Both the position numbers and the translations under genes were made by a program. From an uncultured virus (IMG/VR IMGVR_UViG_3300043419_001095) (taxonomy: Duplodnaviria > Heunggongvirae > Uroviricota > Caudoviricetes), in the IMG/VR virus record IMGVR_UViG_3300043419_001095: a DNA stretch of 64,000 nt, one strand, 5' to 3'. Every line of letters starts with the position of its first letter. The stretch's first letter is position 1. Positions 9,788 through 19,200 of this stretch are shown here, piece by piece. Under the pieces are notes generated by a model. The model was given only the letters and a program-made list of their open reading frames with translations, did not search any database and had not been told where the DNA came from.

Positions 9788-9811
9788 GGGCACAATATAA
9801 CCCATATCGAC

Positions 9812-9844
9812 AAAAAGAAAAAGGGGCCGAAGCCCCTTTTTCTT
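9812..9844 (-). terminator. intrinsic terminator after major capsid gene
   Basis: AAGAAAAAGGGGC-TTCG-GCCCCTTTTTCTTTTT: UUCG tetraloop hairpin plus U-tract. Confidence 0.9.
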
Positions 9845-9870
9845 GACCGGGAACTCCCGGCTCTTTTCGC

Positions 9871-10779
9871 TTAGGCTGCGCCTGGCGAACCGAACATGCC
9901 GCGTGGGTCGCTGAAGCCGAAGCTGTAGCGTTCACGGGCCTTGTAGCGGACGTTGCCGGTGTCGAAGTCGCCTTCGAAGCCAGTCTTCATGGACACACGC
10001 TCGAACATCTTCATGCCGTTGGGTGCGTCTGTCTTGATGAAGTACGCATCGGGGTCGGTCAGGAAGTTGTTGATGGTGTAGCCCTGAGGCACCATGCCCA
10101 TGTTGCGCAGAGCGTTGATGTCGTTATCAGCAGTACCGACGCGCAGCGTGGACTTCATGATACGGTCAGCGGTGAACTGCAGCTCTTTGGGGATGATCAG
10201 CTTCAGACCCTGCACAGCGATCTTCAAACCGCGTTCATCAGTGAACGCCTGGATGTCGATCAGAGACTGTTCCAAGGAAGTCTCGGACAAGTCAGCAGGT
10301 GTGGCCAAAGTGTTGGCGAGGTCAGGACCGCCCAGGGTGGGGTGGTTCAGCGAGCACAGAGCAACGCCGTCGCCACCGATAGAGGTGGTGAAAGCGCCGT
10401 TCAGCACAGCTGCAGCCTTGATCTGCTTGGTCTGAGCCATCGAGCGAGCCAAAGCCTTGGTGTAGCGGGCCGACAGACGGTCGTAGAGGTTGTCCTCAAC
10501 GGCTTCTTCGGTCAGCGAGAACGCCAGGGCGATGGTCTCGTGGGTGTAGCGAGCAGTGTAGACTTCTTGCGCCTGGTCGTATGCAACGCCAGCGCCTTCG
10601 GTCTTCACGGGAGCTTCGCCGAAGCCCGATTCCATCACTTCCTCTTCAAACGCGCGGTCCGAAGATTCGATGGAGTAGATTTGCGTGTGTTGGTTCTCGT
10701 AGTTTTTGTACTCGAGACCGAACAGAGCATTGAGACCTGGCTCAAGCTCTTTCACCAGTTGTGCACGTGAAATTGCCAT
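9871..10779 (-). CDS. major capsid protein
   Basis: MAISRAQLVKELEPGLNALFG...YTARYTHETIALAF...GDFDTGNVRYKARERYSFG; strongly biased codons; followed by a terminator. Confidence 0.92.
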   Translation of the reverse strand: MAISRAQLVKELEPGLNALFGLEYKNYENQHTQIYSIESSDRAFEEEVMESGFGEAPVKTEGAGVAYDQAQEVYTARYTHETIALAFSLTEEAVEDNLYDRLSARYTKALARSMAQTKQIKAAAVLNGAFTTSIGGDGVALCSLNHPTLGGPDLANTLATPADLSETSLEQSLIDIQAFTDERGLKIAVQGLKLIIPKELQFTADRIMKSTLRVGTADNDINALRNMGMVPQGYTINNFLTDPDAYFIKTDAPNGMKMFERVSMKTGFEGDFDTGNVRYKARERYSFGFSDPRGMFGSPGAA

Positions 10780-10790
10780 GATTGATCTCC

Positions 10791-11372
10791 TTAGGTGCTA
10801 AAGCCTGGCGTGCCAGTGCTGCCATACATGTGCTCGTTAATCATCACAACGAGAACGGCGTATTGGCCCATCTCATTGTCCGGTGTGTTCCACAAACCAA
10901 CAGCCTTCAGGTTTGCAGCAGCGTTCTCGGTGAAAGTACCGCTCATGGTCATGTTGGACACGCCCGTGGTGGTGCTACCAGTGGTGCTGGCAGTGATGTC
11001 AGCGTTGGTACCGATGTTTGCCTGCGTAGGTGTACCTGCGCTCTGGATCAGGAACAACTGGCTTGGATCGTCAATCACGTCAGCCACGATCTGGCCGGAA
11101 GTGATGTTGACAGAACCAGGGTAGTAGTTCTTCCAGGTGGGCTTGCCGGTGGTGGGGTCAATGTAACTGCATCCATTGAACACGCCAACAGCAACCGTGT
11201 GGTTGGTGTTGTTGAACTTGACCAAGTAACCGTTATCAAGGGTTACCAAGTCGCCTTGGAAAATCGCCCCGGCCTGGTTATCGTTAATCAGGTATCCGTA
11301 CTGTTTCTGGGCACCAGTAGCGGACAGATTGCCGATAGGACGCAGACCAAAAGGCTTGTTTACGTTTGCCAT
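10791..11372 (-). CDS. capsid-associated (cement/minor capsid) protein
   Basis: MANVNKPFGLRP...IFQGDLV...GVFNGCSYIDPTTGKP; directly upstream of the major capsid gene. Confidence 0.7.
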   Translation of the reverse strand: MANVNKPFGLRPIGNLSATGAQKQYGYLINDNQAGAIFQGDLVTLDNGYLVKFNNTNHTVAVGVFNGCSYIDPTTGKPTWKNYYPGSVNITSGQIVADVIDDPSQLFLIQSAGTPTQANIGTNADITASTTGSTTTGVSNMTMSGTFTENAAANLKAVGLWNTPDNEMGQYAVLVVMINEHMYGSTGTPGFST

Positions 11373-11401
11373 TTGATGTTTCCTTCAAAAAGTGATTTTT
11401 G

Positions 11402-11881
11402 TCAGCTCTTGGTAGAGCCGCCAAATGATACGCGAGACTGTCGCGTGGGCCGCTGAATGGTCATGCTGTTGTGAGCATTCGCTTTCATCAGCTCATTGTC
11501 GGCAGCTTGCAGTTGGTCGTTCGCTCGATTGCGGTAATACGCGTTGCGCTCTTCAACAGTTTCCACGGGAACGCGAGCAAGGAGCAGACCTCCCACGCTG
11601 ATCACGCCAGCATGTCGGCCGTCTTCCACTGTTGGCACATGATAGTCAGGGTACTCGTCCCCACGAACCAGCTCATACCCCTCGCGGAGCTTTCCAGAGA
11701 TGTTCGTGCGGTCGTCCATACCACCGGCTTCAGCCCGAATCCAACGGTGCTTGTATCCCATGGGTGGGGGAGGCGCATCCAGTCGTGAAGGGGGAGCCCA
11801 AGGCTTACGTCGCGCATCTTTCTCACGGGATTCGGTGCCGCGAGAATTGCGATTGAGTACGGGTACTTTAACGTCTGACAT
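11402..11881 (-). CDS. conserved head-module protein
   Basis: Start MSDVKVP at 11881 with AAGGAG RBS; WAPPSRLDAP...HRWIR...REGYELVR...VGGLLLAR. Confidence 0.75.
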   Translation of the reverse strand: MSDVKVPVLNRNSRGTESREKDARRKPWAPPSRLDAPPPPMGYKHRWIRAEAGGMDDRTNISGKLREGYELVRGDEYPDYHVPTVEDGRHAGVISVGGLLLARVPVETVEERNAYYRNRANDQLQAADNELMKANAHNSMTIQRPTRQSRVSFGGSTKS

Positions 11882-11885
11882 GGTT

Positions 11886-12824
11886 TCACTCCTTAACGTA
11901 CTTGGCGTATTCCTCGAGAGGAACACCTAGCTTTTTGGCAATTGCAACTTGACTTGGTGTCAATTTGACAGTGCGGCGTGCGTTGTTGATACCCGATGAT
12001 CGGGATGCAGGTGCCACCGTTTGCACGTTCCTGGTGGCTCTGTTAGTTGGCGCTTGCTCTTGGACTGCGCCCAATTTCTGGGGGAAGGCCTGCTTCAAGC
12101 GGTTGTCGAGTTCATCATAATACTCATCGCTGCTTCCGTCAAACCCCTCAACTTGGATCAACTGGCGATGAATGCCCCACGCAGCGTGGGTCATGGCAGT
12201 GTCGCGGCCATACCAGGGGTTGCGCTCGGCCCATTCCTCGACGCGAGGATCGACTTGTTGCTGCACTGGAGCCTGGGGCTGTTGGGTGGCCTGCTGGGCA
12301 GCAACTTGCTGCTGATAGTCCCACTCCTGTTGCCGACGCTCGCGCTCCTGAGTGGCGACGGCAAGCTGACTTTGCTCCAGGGTCAGGGCTGTGAGGCGCT
12401 GCTGGGCTTCTGTCTCGGTGTCAATGTCGCCCTCTTCACGGGCCTTGCGGATGATCTGCTTGAGCGCCACTACCTGCGTCTGCACGCGGCCGTTGGCCTC
12501 GCCCAGGCGCTCGGTGTCAGCGGTCATGTACTGCTGCTCGAGCTGCTGAGCACGGGCCTGCACGCTCTTGGCATATTCCAAGGCTGCCTGCTCACGGCGC
12601 TGGGTCTCGCGCAGGCGTGCGGTCAGCTTGTCAATGCGCTTTTTGACGCTCTCGCTGTACTGGTCAATCTCAGTGCCGGCAGCAGGAGCCTGGGCTGTCT
12701 GCTGCGGCGTCTCGACAAGGGGTGCTTCGGGTTTGTCCAGCACTTCAGCAGCGCCGTCCTCACCGATAGCGACGGTGGCAGGGCTTTCGTCCTCACCGAT
12801 CTTAAATTGCAAGTCATCACTCAT
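11886..12824 (-). CDS. capsid scaffolding protein
   Basis: Acidic N-terminus, long coiled coil, C-terminal VKLTPSQVAIAKKLGVPLEEYAKY; between portal and major capsid genes. Confidence 0.75.
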   Translation of the reverse strand: MSDDLQFKIGEDESPATVAIGEDGAAEVLDKPEAPLVETPQQTAQAPAAGTEIDQYSESVKKRIDKLTARLRETQRREQAALEYAKSVQARAQQLEQQYMTADTERLGEANGRVQTQVVALKQIIRKAREEGDIDTETEAQQRLTALTLEQSQLAVATQERERRQQEWDYQQQVAAQQATQQPQAPVQQQVDPRVEEWAERNPWYGRDTAMTHAAWGIHRQLIQVEGFDGSSDEYYDELDNRLKQAFPQKLGAVQEQAPTNRATRNVQTVAPASRSSGINNARRTVKLTPSQVAIAKKLGVPLEEYAKYVKE

Positions 12825-12836
12825 ACTATCGCTCCT

Positions 12837-13310
12837 TTACATGTGCAGAATGTCTTCGGGACTGTTCACGACAGCCAAAACTTCGTCGTCGTTCAACAAA
12901 CGAATCTCACCGCCGTCGATTGGGATGCGAGCACCCGCATATCGGCCGAAGATGATCCAGTCACCTTGCTTGCACCACGGTCCGGCGGGAAACTTGCTCT
13001 CGTCGGCATAGGCCAAGTCGCCCACTTTCAAGACGTAGCCGCACGTAGTGCCAAGCTGTGTCCTGCGCTGCGTTTCCTCGGCCAAGACGATGCCGCCTTT
13101 GGTCTTTTCCGCGCCGCGATAGGGCAGGATGGCAATGCGCCATCCGGTAGGTTTTGGAATGGTGTCAATAACCGACTGGTCGAGCTTCTCGGGATCAAAC
13201 CCGAGCTCGGTGTAAGCGTCTTCGAGGACCGGCTGCTTGTTGGCTGCCTCCTCTGCCCACTTACGCTCCAGGGCGGTCATGTTGATTTCAGGTACTGCTG
13301 CGGTTTCCAT
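12837..13310 (-). CDS. groES: co-chaperonin GroES (Cpn10) homologue
   Basis: PTGWRIAI...KTKGGIVL...VLKVG...GDWIIFGRYAG...RLLNDDEVLAVV, with an N-terminal extension. Confidence 0.9.
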   Translation of the reverse strand: METAAVPEINMTALERKWAEEAANKQPVLEDAYTELGFDPEKLDQSVIDTIPKPTGWRIAILPYRGAEKTKGGIVLAEETQRRTQLGTTCGYVLKVGDLAYADESKFPAGPWCKQGDWIIFGRYAGARIPIDGGEIRLLNDDEVLAVVNSPEDILHM

Positions 13311-13320
13311 GGTCTTCCTT

Positions 13321-13524
13321 TCACTTGAGAAAATCGTCGACATCGTCCGTGACCTTTTTGAGCAAGTCTTTCACGGAGTCTTCAACCATTCTCAAACCCT
13401 CAAGGCGACCCATCATGAAGCGGTAACGCTCCATGTCTGTGATGGTTCCGTTCAGGACAATCTGCTTGGATTGATCCTGGAGTTTCCTGATTTCCTTCAG
13501 AACTGCTTCTGCAAATTCGAGCAT
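13321..13524 (-). CDS. conserved small helical protein
   Basis: MLEFAEAVLKEI...DMERYRFMMGRLEGL. Confidence 0.7.
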   Translation of the reverse strand: MLEFAEAVLKEIRKLQDQSKQIVLNGTITDMERYRFMMGRLEGLRMVEDSVKDLLKKVTDDVDDFLK

Positions 13525-13583
13525 GGTGATTTCCATGAAAAGCAGACGGTACAAGGCTCCGCCTGATAGCACTCACTCGCGAA

Positions 13584-13850
13584 TCAGTATATCTTAACTG
13601 GACGGTTTCCGTCCTTTTTCTTCACAATCATTGCAGGGCCTTGCACACCTTTTGGTGTTTTCACCGCACCGCCCTTGGCCATCTTGGTTTTGCCGGCTTT
13701 GTCGTACGCGATCGCAGCGGCCTGCTTCACGGCAGCAGATTTACTCTTTGGCTTGCTGGTGCCGATCATGCCGTCCTTCTTGTAGTCGCGAACGATCTCT
13801 CCGATGTTGGAGCTGATCGTCTTTTGGCTGGAACCCTTTTTAAGCGGCAT
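13584..13850 (-). CDS. small basic protein with MAKGG motif
   Basis: Start MPLKKGSSQKTISSNI at 13850 with GGAGG RBS; KQAAAIAY motif. Confidence 0.75.
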   Translation of the reverse strand: MPLKKGSSQKTISSNIGEIVRDYKKDGMIGTSKPKSKSAAVKQAAAIAYDKAGKTKMAKGGAVKTPKGVQGPAMIVKKKDGNRPVKIY

Positions 13851-16176
13851 ATTGGCCTCCTGGTTGGTTGAGCTTGGCCCGCTGCAGTTGCAGCTTCTGC
13901 CGGTTGATCTGGTTGGTCTCTTGCGCCTTTTGCTGATCCAGGCCCAAGCGCTGCTGATCGATGTTAATGCGCGCCTGGTCAGCCTGCGCACGCTGGGCAA
14001 TCTCTTTCTCCTTGAGCTGCACCAGCGGATCGGGGCCTTCGCCGCCTGCAAGGGCCTCCTGCATGTCGCGCACTTCCTTGATGCCCGTTGCAATGCGGAT
14101 GGCGACCATGCCTTCCTTCTGGATGGCAGAGACCAGGCGGTCCGGATCGGTGCCGTAGGCCTTGAACAGATCGGCTTCGACGTCCTCTTCCGCGCGCAAG
14201 CGCACGTGCTCGAGGATGTGCTTTTGCAACTCGGTTGCGGCCAGTGGGTTGGCCTGCAAAATGGGCGACAGGCCCATCATCAGGTGCGATGCAATGTGCG
14301 CGTCGTGCTGTTGGCCGGCAAAGGCCTTCAACTTCATGCCGTTGAGTACGTCGCTGTTCTCGGACGCCGGATCGCGAGGCGTGTTGGTGTTCTGCGGCAG
14401 CAGCACGCCGTCAATGTCGCGGACGTTCAGCGCTGCATACATGCGGTAGTAGGCCTCGTACATGTTGTGCATGTTCGGGGCGCTCTGTGCAAGCTGCAGT
14501 TGCATCTGCGCGAGCTGGATACGCTGAGCAGAGCTGAAGATGTTGGGGTCAGCCACAGGTTGGACCGACACCATCGAGTCAAAGTCCCTTTTCTTGATCT
14601 TGCGGCTGGCCCCAGGCACGTCGTAGGGGTACTCGTCGGGCAAGTACTGGCTGAAGCCCTCGAACAGCAAGCGGAACTCCAGCGTCTGCGCATAGTGCAG
14701 GCGTTTGTGGATGCTGGACATGACCATGGAGCCGCGCTCGAGCAAGGCCAGCGTCGTTCCGACCTGTGCGTACTGGTTGCCGTCGCCAACTTGCATGTCG
14801 GCCGTGCTGGACAGGCGTTTGCCTGAGTCAACCAAAAATCCCATCAGTGCAAACAGCACCTGGCTGGGCTCTTTGTACGGCAGTGGCAACAAAGATGAAG
14901 AAAGTTCCGCGCCGCCAGCGTCAATATCGCGCCATTCGCCTGGTTGGATCGGATCAGAGTCGTCCGCGATCCGCGCTCCCTTAGCTTTGAAGCCTGCAGG
15001 CAGGTTAGACAGCGTTCCAGCGTCTGTCAGCTGGCGCAGGGCGCTTGTAGCGGACTTGCTGAGGCCTCCAATCAGGTGCACAAAGCCCAAACCGTAGGCT
15101 CCTGGCCCTTCGACCAGCACGTAGTGCACAAAATAGTTGCGGCGGCAGCATTTTTTGTCGTCTTCTTTCCAATTTCGGCGGATTCCGACCACCTTGAGCG
15201 TGTCTTCGGCCAAGGTGACGACGTATGGGCGCTTGATGCCGGTCAAATTGCCGTCTTCGTCCTTGTCTTCAAAGCCTTTGAGGTCCAAATCGACCAGTTG
15301 CTCGAGCAAAAACACCTCGCCGATGTCGTCAGTGGGCTGAATGCCAGTGATTTTGTCGACTGCTTCCTGAATTTGGCTCGCATCGGCAGGCGTGGCGTAC
15401 GTGTCCAAGAAAATATCGAGGTACTCGCCGGCCAAAGCACGCTTTTTGTACTCGTTGGCGTCCATCGCAATGCGGTGCGTGAGCCGTGGGCATTGGGACA
15501 CGACGCTTGAGCCGTTGTAGGGGATGTAGACGTCGTCTGCCAGGCATAGTTTGGACACCATGCGGCCCAATTGGTAGTCGTAGTAGACCTTCTTGAAGGT
15601 CGAACCACCGTAGCCAGTGTAAAAAAGCTGCTGATCGAACTCCGGTGTGTACTCTTCCATCACCGTGGTGATCTGGTAGTTCATAAAATCCTGCACGCGG
15701 CCAGCCTGCTGGAACTTTTCCACCGTCTCTTTGCCCATGATCTGGCTGCGAACAGGACCACCAGCAGGCATGAGCTCCTTGAAGGCCTGTGCCTGGAACT
15801 GAATGATGGCCTCGGTCAGCATAGGATGGGTCGCGCCTGACGCGCCACGGAAGGGTTTGGTGCGCTCTTCCATGCGAAAGCCCAGCAGATCAAGGCCCTT
15901 GGCGTACATCTGCTCCCAATCGGAGCGCGAACCCTTGTCTGCCTCGAACAAAGTGGACACTTCGATGCCGATCTGGGCCAAGACGTCCGGCTCAATGACC
16001 TCGGCCAGGTTGGCGTAGAAGTCAACCTCCTCGGCATCCTTCTCGCCCATCTCAACAATCGCGCCGCCATCCTCTTCGATGATGATTTCAATGTCCGACT
16101 GCGGCGCTGGAATGCCTCCGCCGCCGATGATCACCTCAAGCGAGGGCAGTTGGTTCATTGCTTTTTCGATTGCCAT
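13840..16176 (-). CDS. portal protein
   Basis: 778 aa; HPMLTEAIIQFQAQA, GSTFKKVYYD, YGLGFVHLIG, VGTTLALLE; P22-like portal with C-terminal coiled coil. Confidence 0.9.
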   Translation of the reverse strand: MAIEKAMNQLPSLEVIIGGGGIPAPQSDIEIIIEEDGGAIVEMGEKDAEEVDFYANLAEVIEPDVLAQIGIEVSTLFEADKGSRSDWEQMYAKGLDLLGFRMEERTKPFRGASGATHPMLTEAIIQFQAQAFKELMPAGGPVRSQIMGKETVEKFQQAGRVQDFMNYQITTVMEEYTPEFDQQLFYTGYGGSTFKKVYYDYQLGRMVSKLCLADDVYIPYNGSSVVSQCPRLTHRIAMDANEYKKRALAGEYLDIFLDTYATPADASQIQEAVDKITGIQPTDDIGEVFLLEQLVDLDLKGFEDKDEDGNLTGIKRPYVVTLAEDTLKVVGIRRNWKEDDKKCCRRNYFVHYVLVEGPGAYGLGFVHLIGGLSKSATSALRQLTDAGTLSNLPAGFKAKGARIADDSDPIQPGEWRDIDAGGAELSSSLLPLPYKEPSQVLFALMGFLVDSGKRLSSTADMQVGDGNQYAQVGTTLALLERGSMVMSSIHKRLHYAQTLEFRLLFEGFSQYLPDEYPYDVPGASRKIKKRDFDSMVSVQPVADPNIFSSAQRIQLAQMQLQLAQSAPNMHNMYEAYYRMYAALNVRDIDGVLLPQNTNTPRDPASENSDVLNGMKLKAFAGQQHDAHIASHLMMGLSPILQANPLAATELQKHILEHVRLRAEEDVEADLFKAYGTDPDRLVSAIQKEGMVAIRIATGIKEVRDMQEALAGGEGPDPLVQLKEKEIAQRAQADQARINIDQQRLGLDQQKAQETNQINRQKLQLQRAKLNQPGGQYAA

Positions 16177-16229
16177 GTGTGTTCCTTACGCTTGCGCCGA
16201 CTGTAGCTGCCTATTATTCAACAAATCAA

Positions 16230-19200
16230 CTATCGACGCGATTTATTTTTGATTTCAGGGCGGCTAATGGTGGGAGGCATCGCACGACGACGTGTGAGCT
16301 CCGCCTCTTCCCCTTCATTCAAAGTGGACGGGGTCAAAGCCGTTCCAGCCGTGCTTGCGGCTTTTCCAAAAAGTCCCAGTGCGTCTGTCGGTGACATGTC
16401 CATACTCCGCACGAAATCACTCACCTGTTGGCGTGCACTACGGGGAGCCATGGGCTTGTTGCCGTAGGGCGATATGGCCTGGGAAGGGCTGAATATGCGG
16501 TACTCAGGCTCAAGGGCCGTGGCCCCTGATCCACCATAAATGGCTCCGTCATATCCCCGCCGTTGCAGTGTCTTGACCGTCTTGGGATCGTCCAGAATTG
16601 GAAAAATCTCCGTGTAAAGGCTGTCTAAGTCCTTGGGGTTTTTCTTCATCAGGTCAAGCACCGACGTGTAGCCCTTGGCATCTGCCAGCTCATCAAAGGC
16701 TCCTGTGCCCTCAATTCTGTCGGCGTTCTCCCGCACGACACGGTCAAATTCCTTTTTGCCAAGAGCCTTGCGCAGGACCGGGAGGTCAATGAACGGATCG
16801 CCAGGAGTGTTAATCAAGGGCTTGCGAATGCTCAGCTGCGCTGGAAATACCTTCATGGCCTCTGTGACGGCATTGAGGTTGTTGGGCTCAGTTGCATACA
16901 GATTAGCAGCATCCCTGGTGCCGAAGCTATAGGAGCCTGATTCGGTGGAAAGCCTGTCCGAAGGTCCGTACTCGCCTCGATAGGCCGTGACAGGCCTACC
17001 TTCTTTGTCCACGGCCTTGGTCCCCTTGAGCGCATTTACCATGCCGCCCTTGTTATATTCCTGGGGTTCTTCCTGCCTGCTTTGCGCTTCCAGCTCTACC
17101 AGCAGTCGGCGCGCAGACGGATCACGCACCGTCTTGCCCAGATGCTCCTTCAAGTTGGCCCGTTTTTTCTCGGCGCTTGGCACGGTTGTCGGGAATGGAG
17201 CCTTGCCCACATTCGCACCGATTGCCGATGCGTTTTTCATCCGCTCCGCAAAATCATCGGGCAGTTGGCCAGAGCCGAAGTACTTCGCCCGCTCCTTTTC
17301 CGTCAGTGTCTTAAACGCCTCATTCCGACGGGCGTTGTCCAAATCCGTGAACCTCCCCGGCGCACGGCTGGCCAAGAGACGGTCAAGCCCCGCGCGCGCC
17401 GCGCCCACAGCACCCTTAACCAAAGGTGCGGCAATCATCTCCGGATACGAACCTTCAAGACCCTGCTCACGTTCAAGCTGCGCCCTGTAAGCAGGGCTGG
17501 ACATGTCGCCCTTTTCCAGCACGCTGACAAATCCGCCCTTGGCAAAGCTGCGCTTGCTCAAACTCTTCTTGGCAAGGGTCTGGCCTTCAAGGGTGGGCGC
17601 GCCGAAGGTGTCCGCTCCCAGGCCACGGGCCTTGTTCCGCGCTGCGTTGATCTTGAGTTGGTACACGCGGGCAAGCTCTTCCATCTGCTCACGGGCAGTG
17701 CCCATGTTCTTGGTCTCAGCTGCCTCCTGCGCGCTTGGCGGAGCGAAGGCCATGCTCTTGGATGCCGACAAGGAAGGCATCTTGAGCGACATGTTCTTGT
17801 CGGCCTTTGGCTCACCGCCCGAGCCCCGCGAAGTGCGCTTGACAGAGCGGCGCATCGGCTCAACCGGGCTGGCCTCAGTGACGTCAGCCAGGAGTTTTTG
17901 TGCATTGTCAAAAAGGGCTGCGCCCGAGTCCTGGCCCCCGCCCATCTGCTGCTGCAGGTACTCGTCAAGCGAGGCGCTGCCCGTGACCTCTCCGCCGTCC
18001 TTGAAGAACGCAGGCATGGCCGGGGCCGCGACTACGTTGCCAAGGCGATCGGTGCGAGTGCCAAGGACGTCTGACAGCTGCGCATTCTGGCCTGCGATTC
18101 GAGCGGTCAGCTGACCTCTTCTGATTTCGTCCTCTGTGGGCAGCGTCGCACCAGCAACCACATTGCCCATGCGGTCGGTCGTTGTGCCAAAGACGTTCGA
18201 CAGTTTCTTGTAGCTGCCCAAGGTGTGAGGGTCCAAGCCTCCACTTCTTCTCATGCTTCCTTGAGGCGCAGGCTGGATGATCCCGGAAGTCCCACGCATG
18301 TCAGGTGGGTTGATTCCAGACATCTCGCGCCTGAGCACCTCGTCCTCAAAGGCGTTCGGGCCTGAGCGCAAGGTGAATGGTGCGGGGGCCACGGACCCTG
18401 GTGGGAGTGGCGCGGGCATCGCAGGCGCTGCCTGCCGTGGTTGCATGACCGTAGGCGTGAACGGCGTTGGCGTCACGGGAAGCCGGATCGGGATGTTGAT
18501 CTCGCTCACAGGGGGCGCTGCCGTAGCAGATGCGGGAGTTGGTGCAGCCGGCGCTACGGGCGCGGCTGCAGGCGGTGTCAATGCATCACGGATTTGCTGC
18601 TCGGTAAACCCGGGGTTGGCATTTAAAAGTCCGCGCATCTCCTCGTTCGAAACGGCTGGAGCGCTCGTCGTAGGAGCAGGTGTGGTGGGTGGCACAACTG
18701 GAGGCGGAGTTACAGCCGCAGGAGCCGCAGGGGTAGCCGCTACTACGGGAGGCGCGACCGTGGGGGCCACTGGAGGGGCAGCTACTACCTCAGGCACGAC
18801 AGGTGGTGGTGTCACGACTGGCGGCACGACCGGTGGCGGCGTCACAGCAGGCGGGGCGATGTTCGCGTTTACCTGGCCGGGTAGAGTGGCCCCAGGAGTC
18901 ACCGCATTCACTTGGCCAGGAAGGGTGGCACCGGTGGTCAAAGCTGCAAGATCGCTTGCGGCCGAGCCTGCAAGGGCAGGAAAGCCGTCCCCGCTGCCGA
19001 TGGCAGGGAAACTGCTGTCACCACTGAAGCCGGCCTCAGCATCAGCGCGGGCGTTTTCCGCTGCGTCCTGCCTGTCCAGTTCTGCAAAGTCTTCCGCTGC
19101 CGAAGCGCCGCCAAGGGATGGAGAGCCGCCCGAGGCAATGACCCCATCGCCTGCGACGGTGGAAGGAGCCCTGCCGTCAAACGCGTTCAACGCCTCGCGG

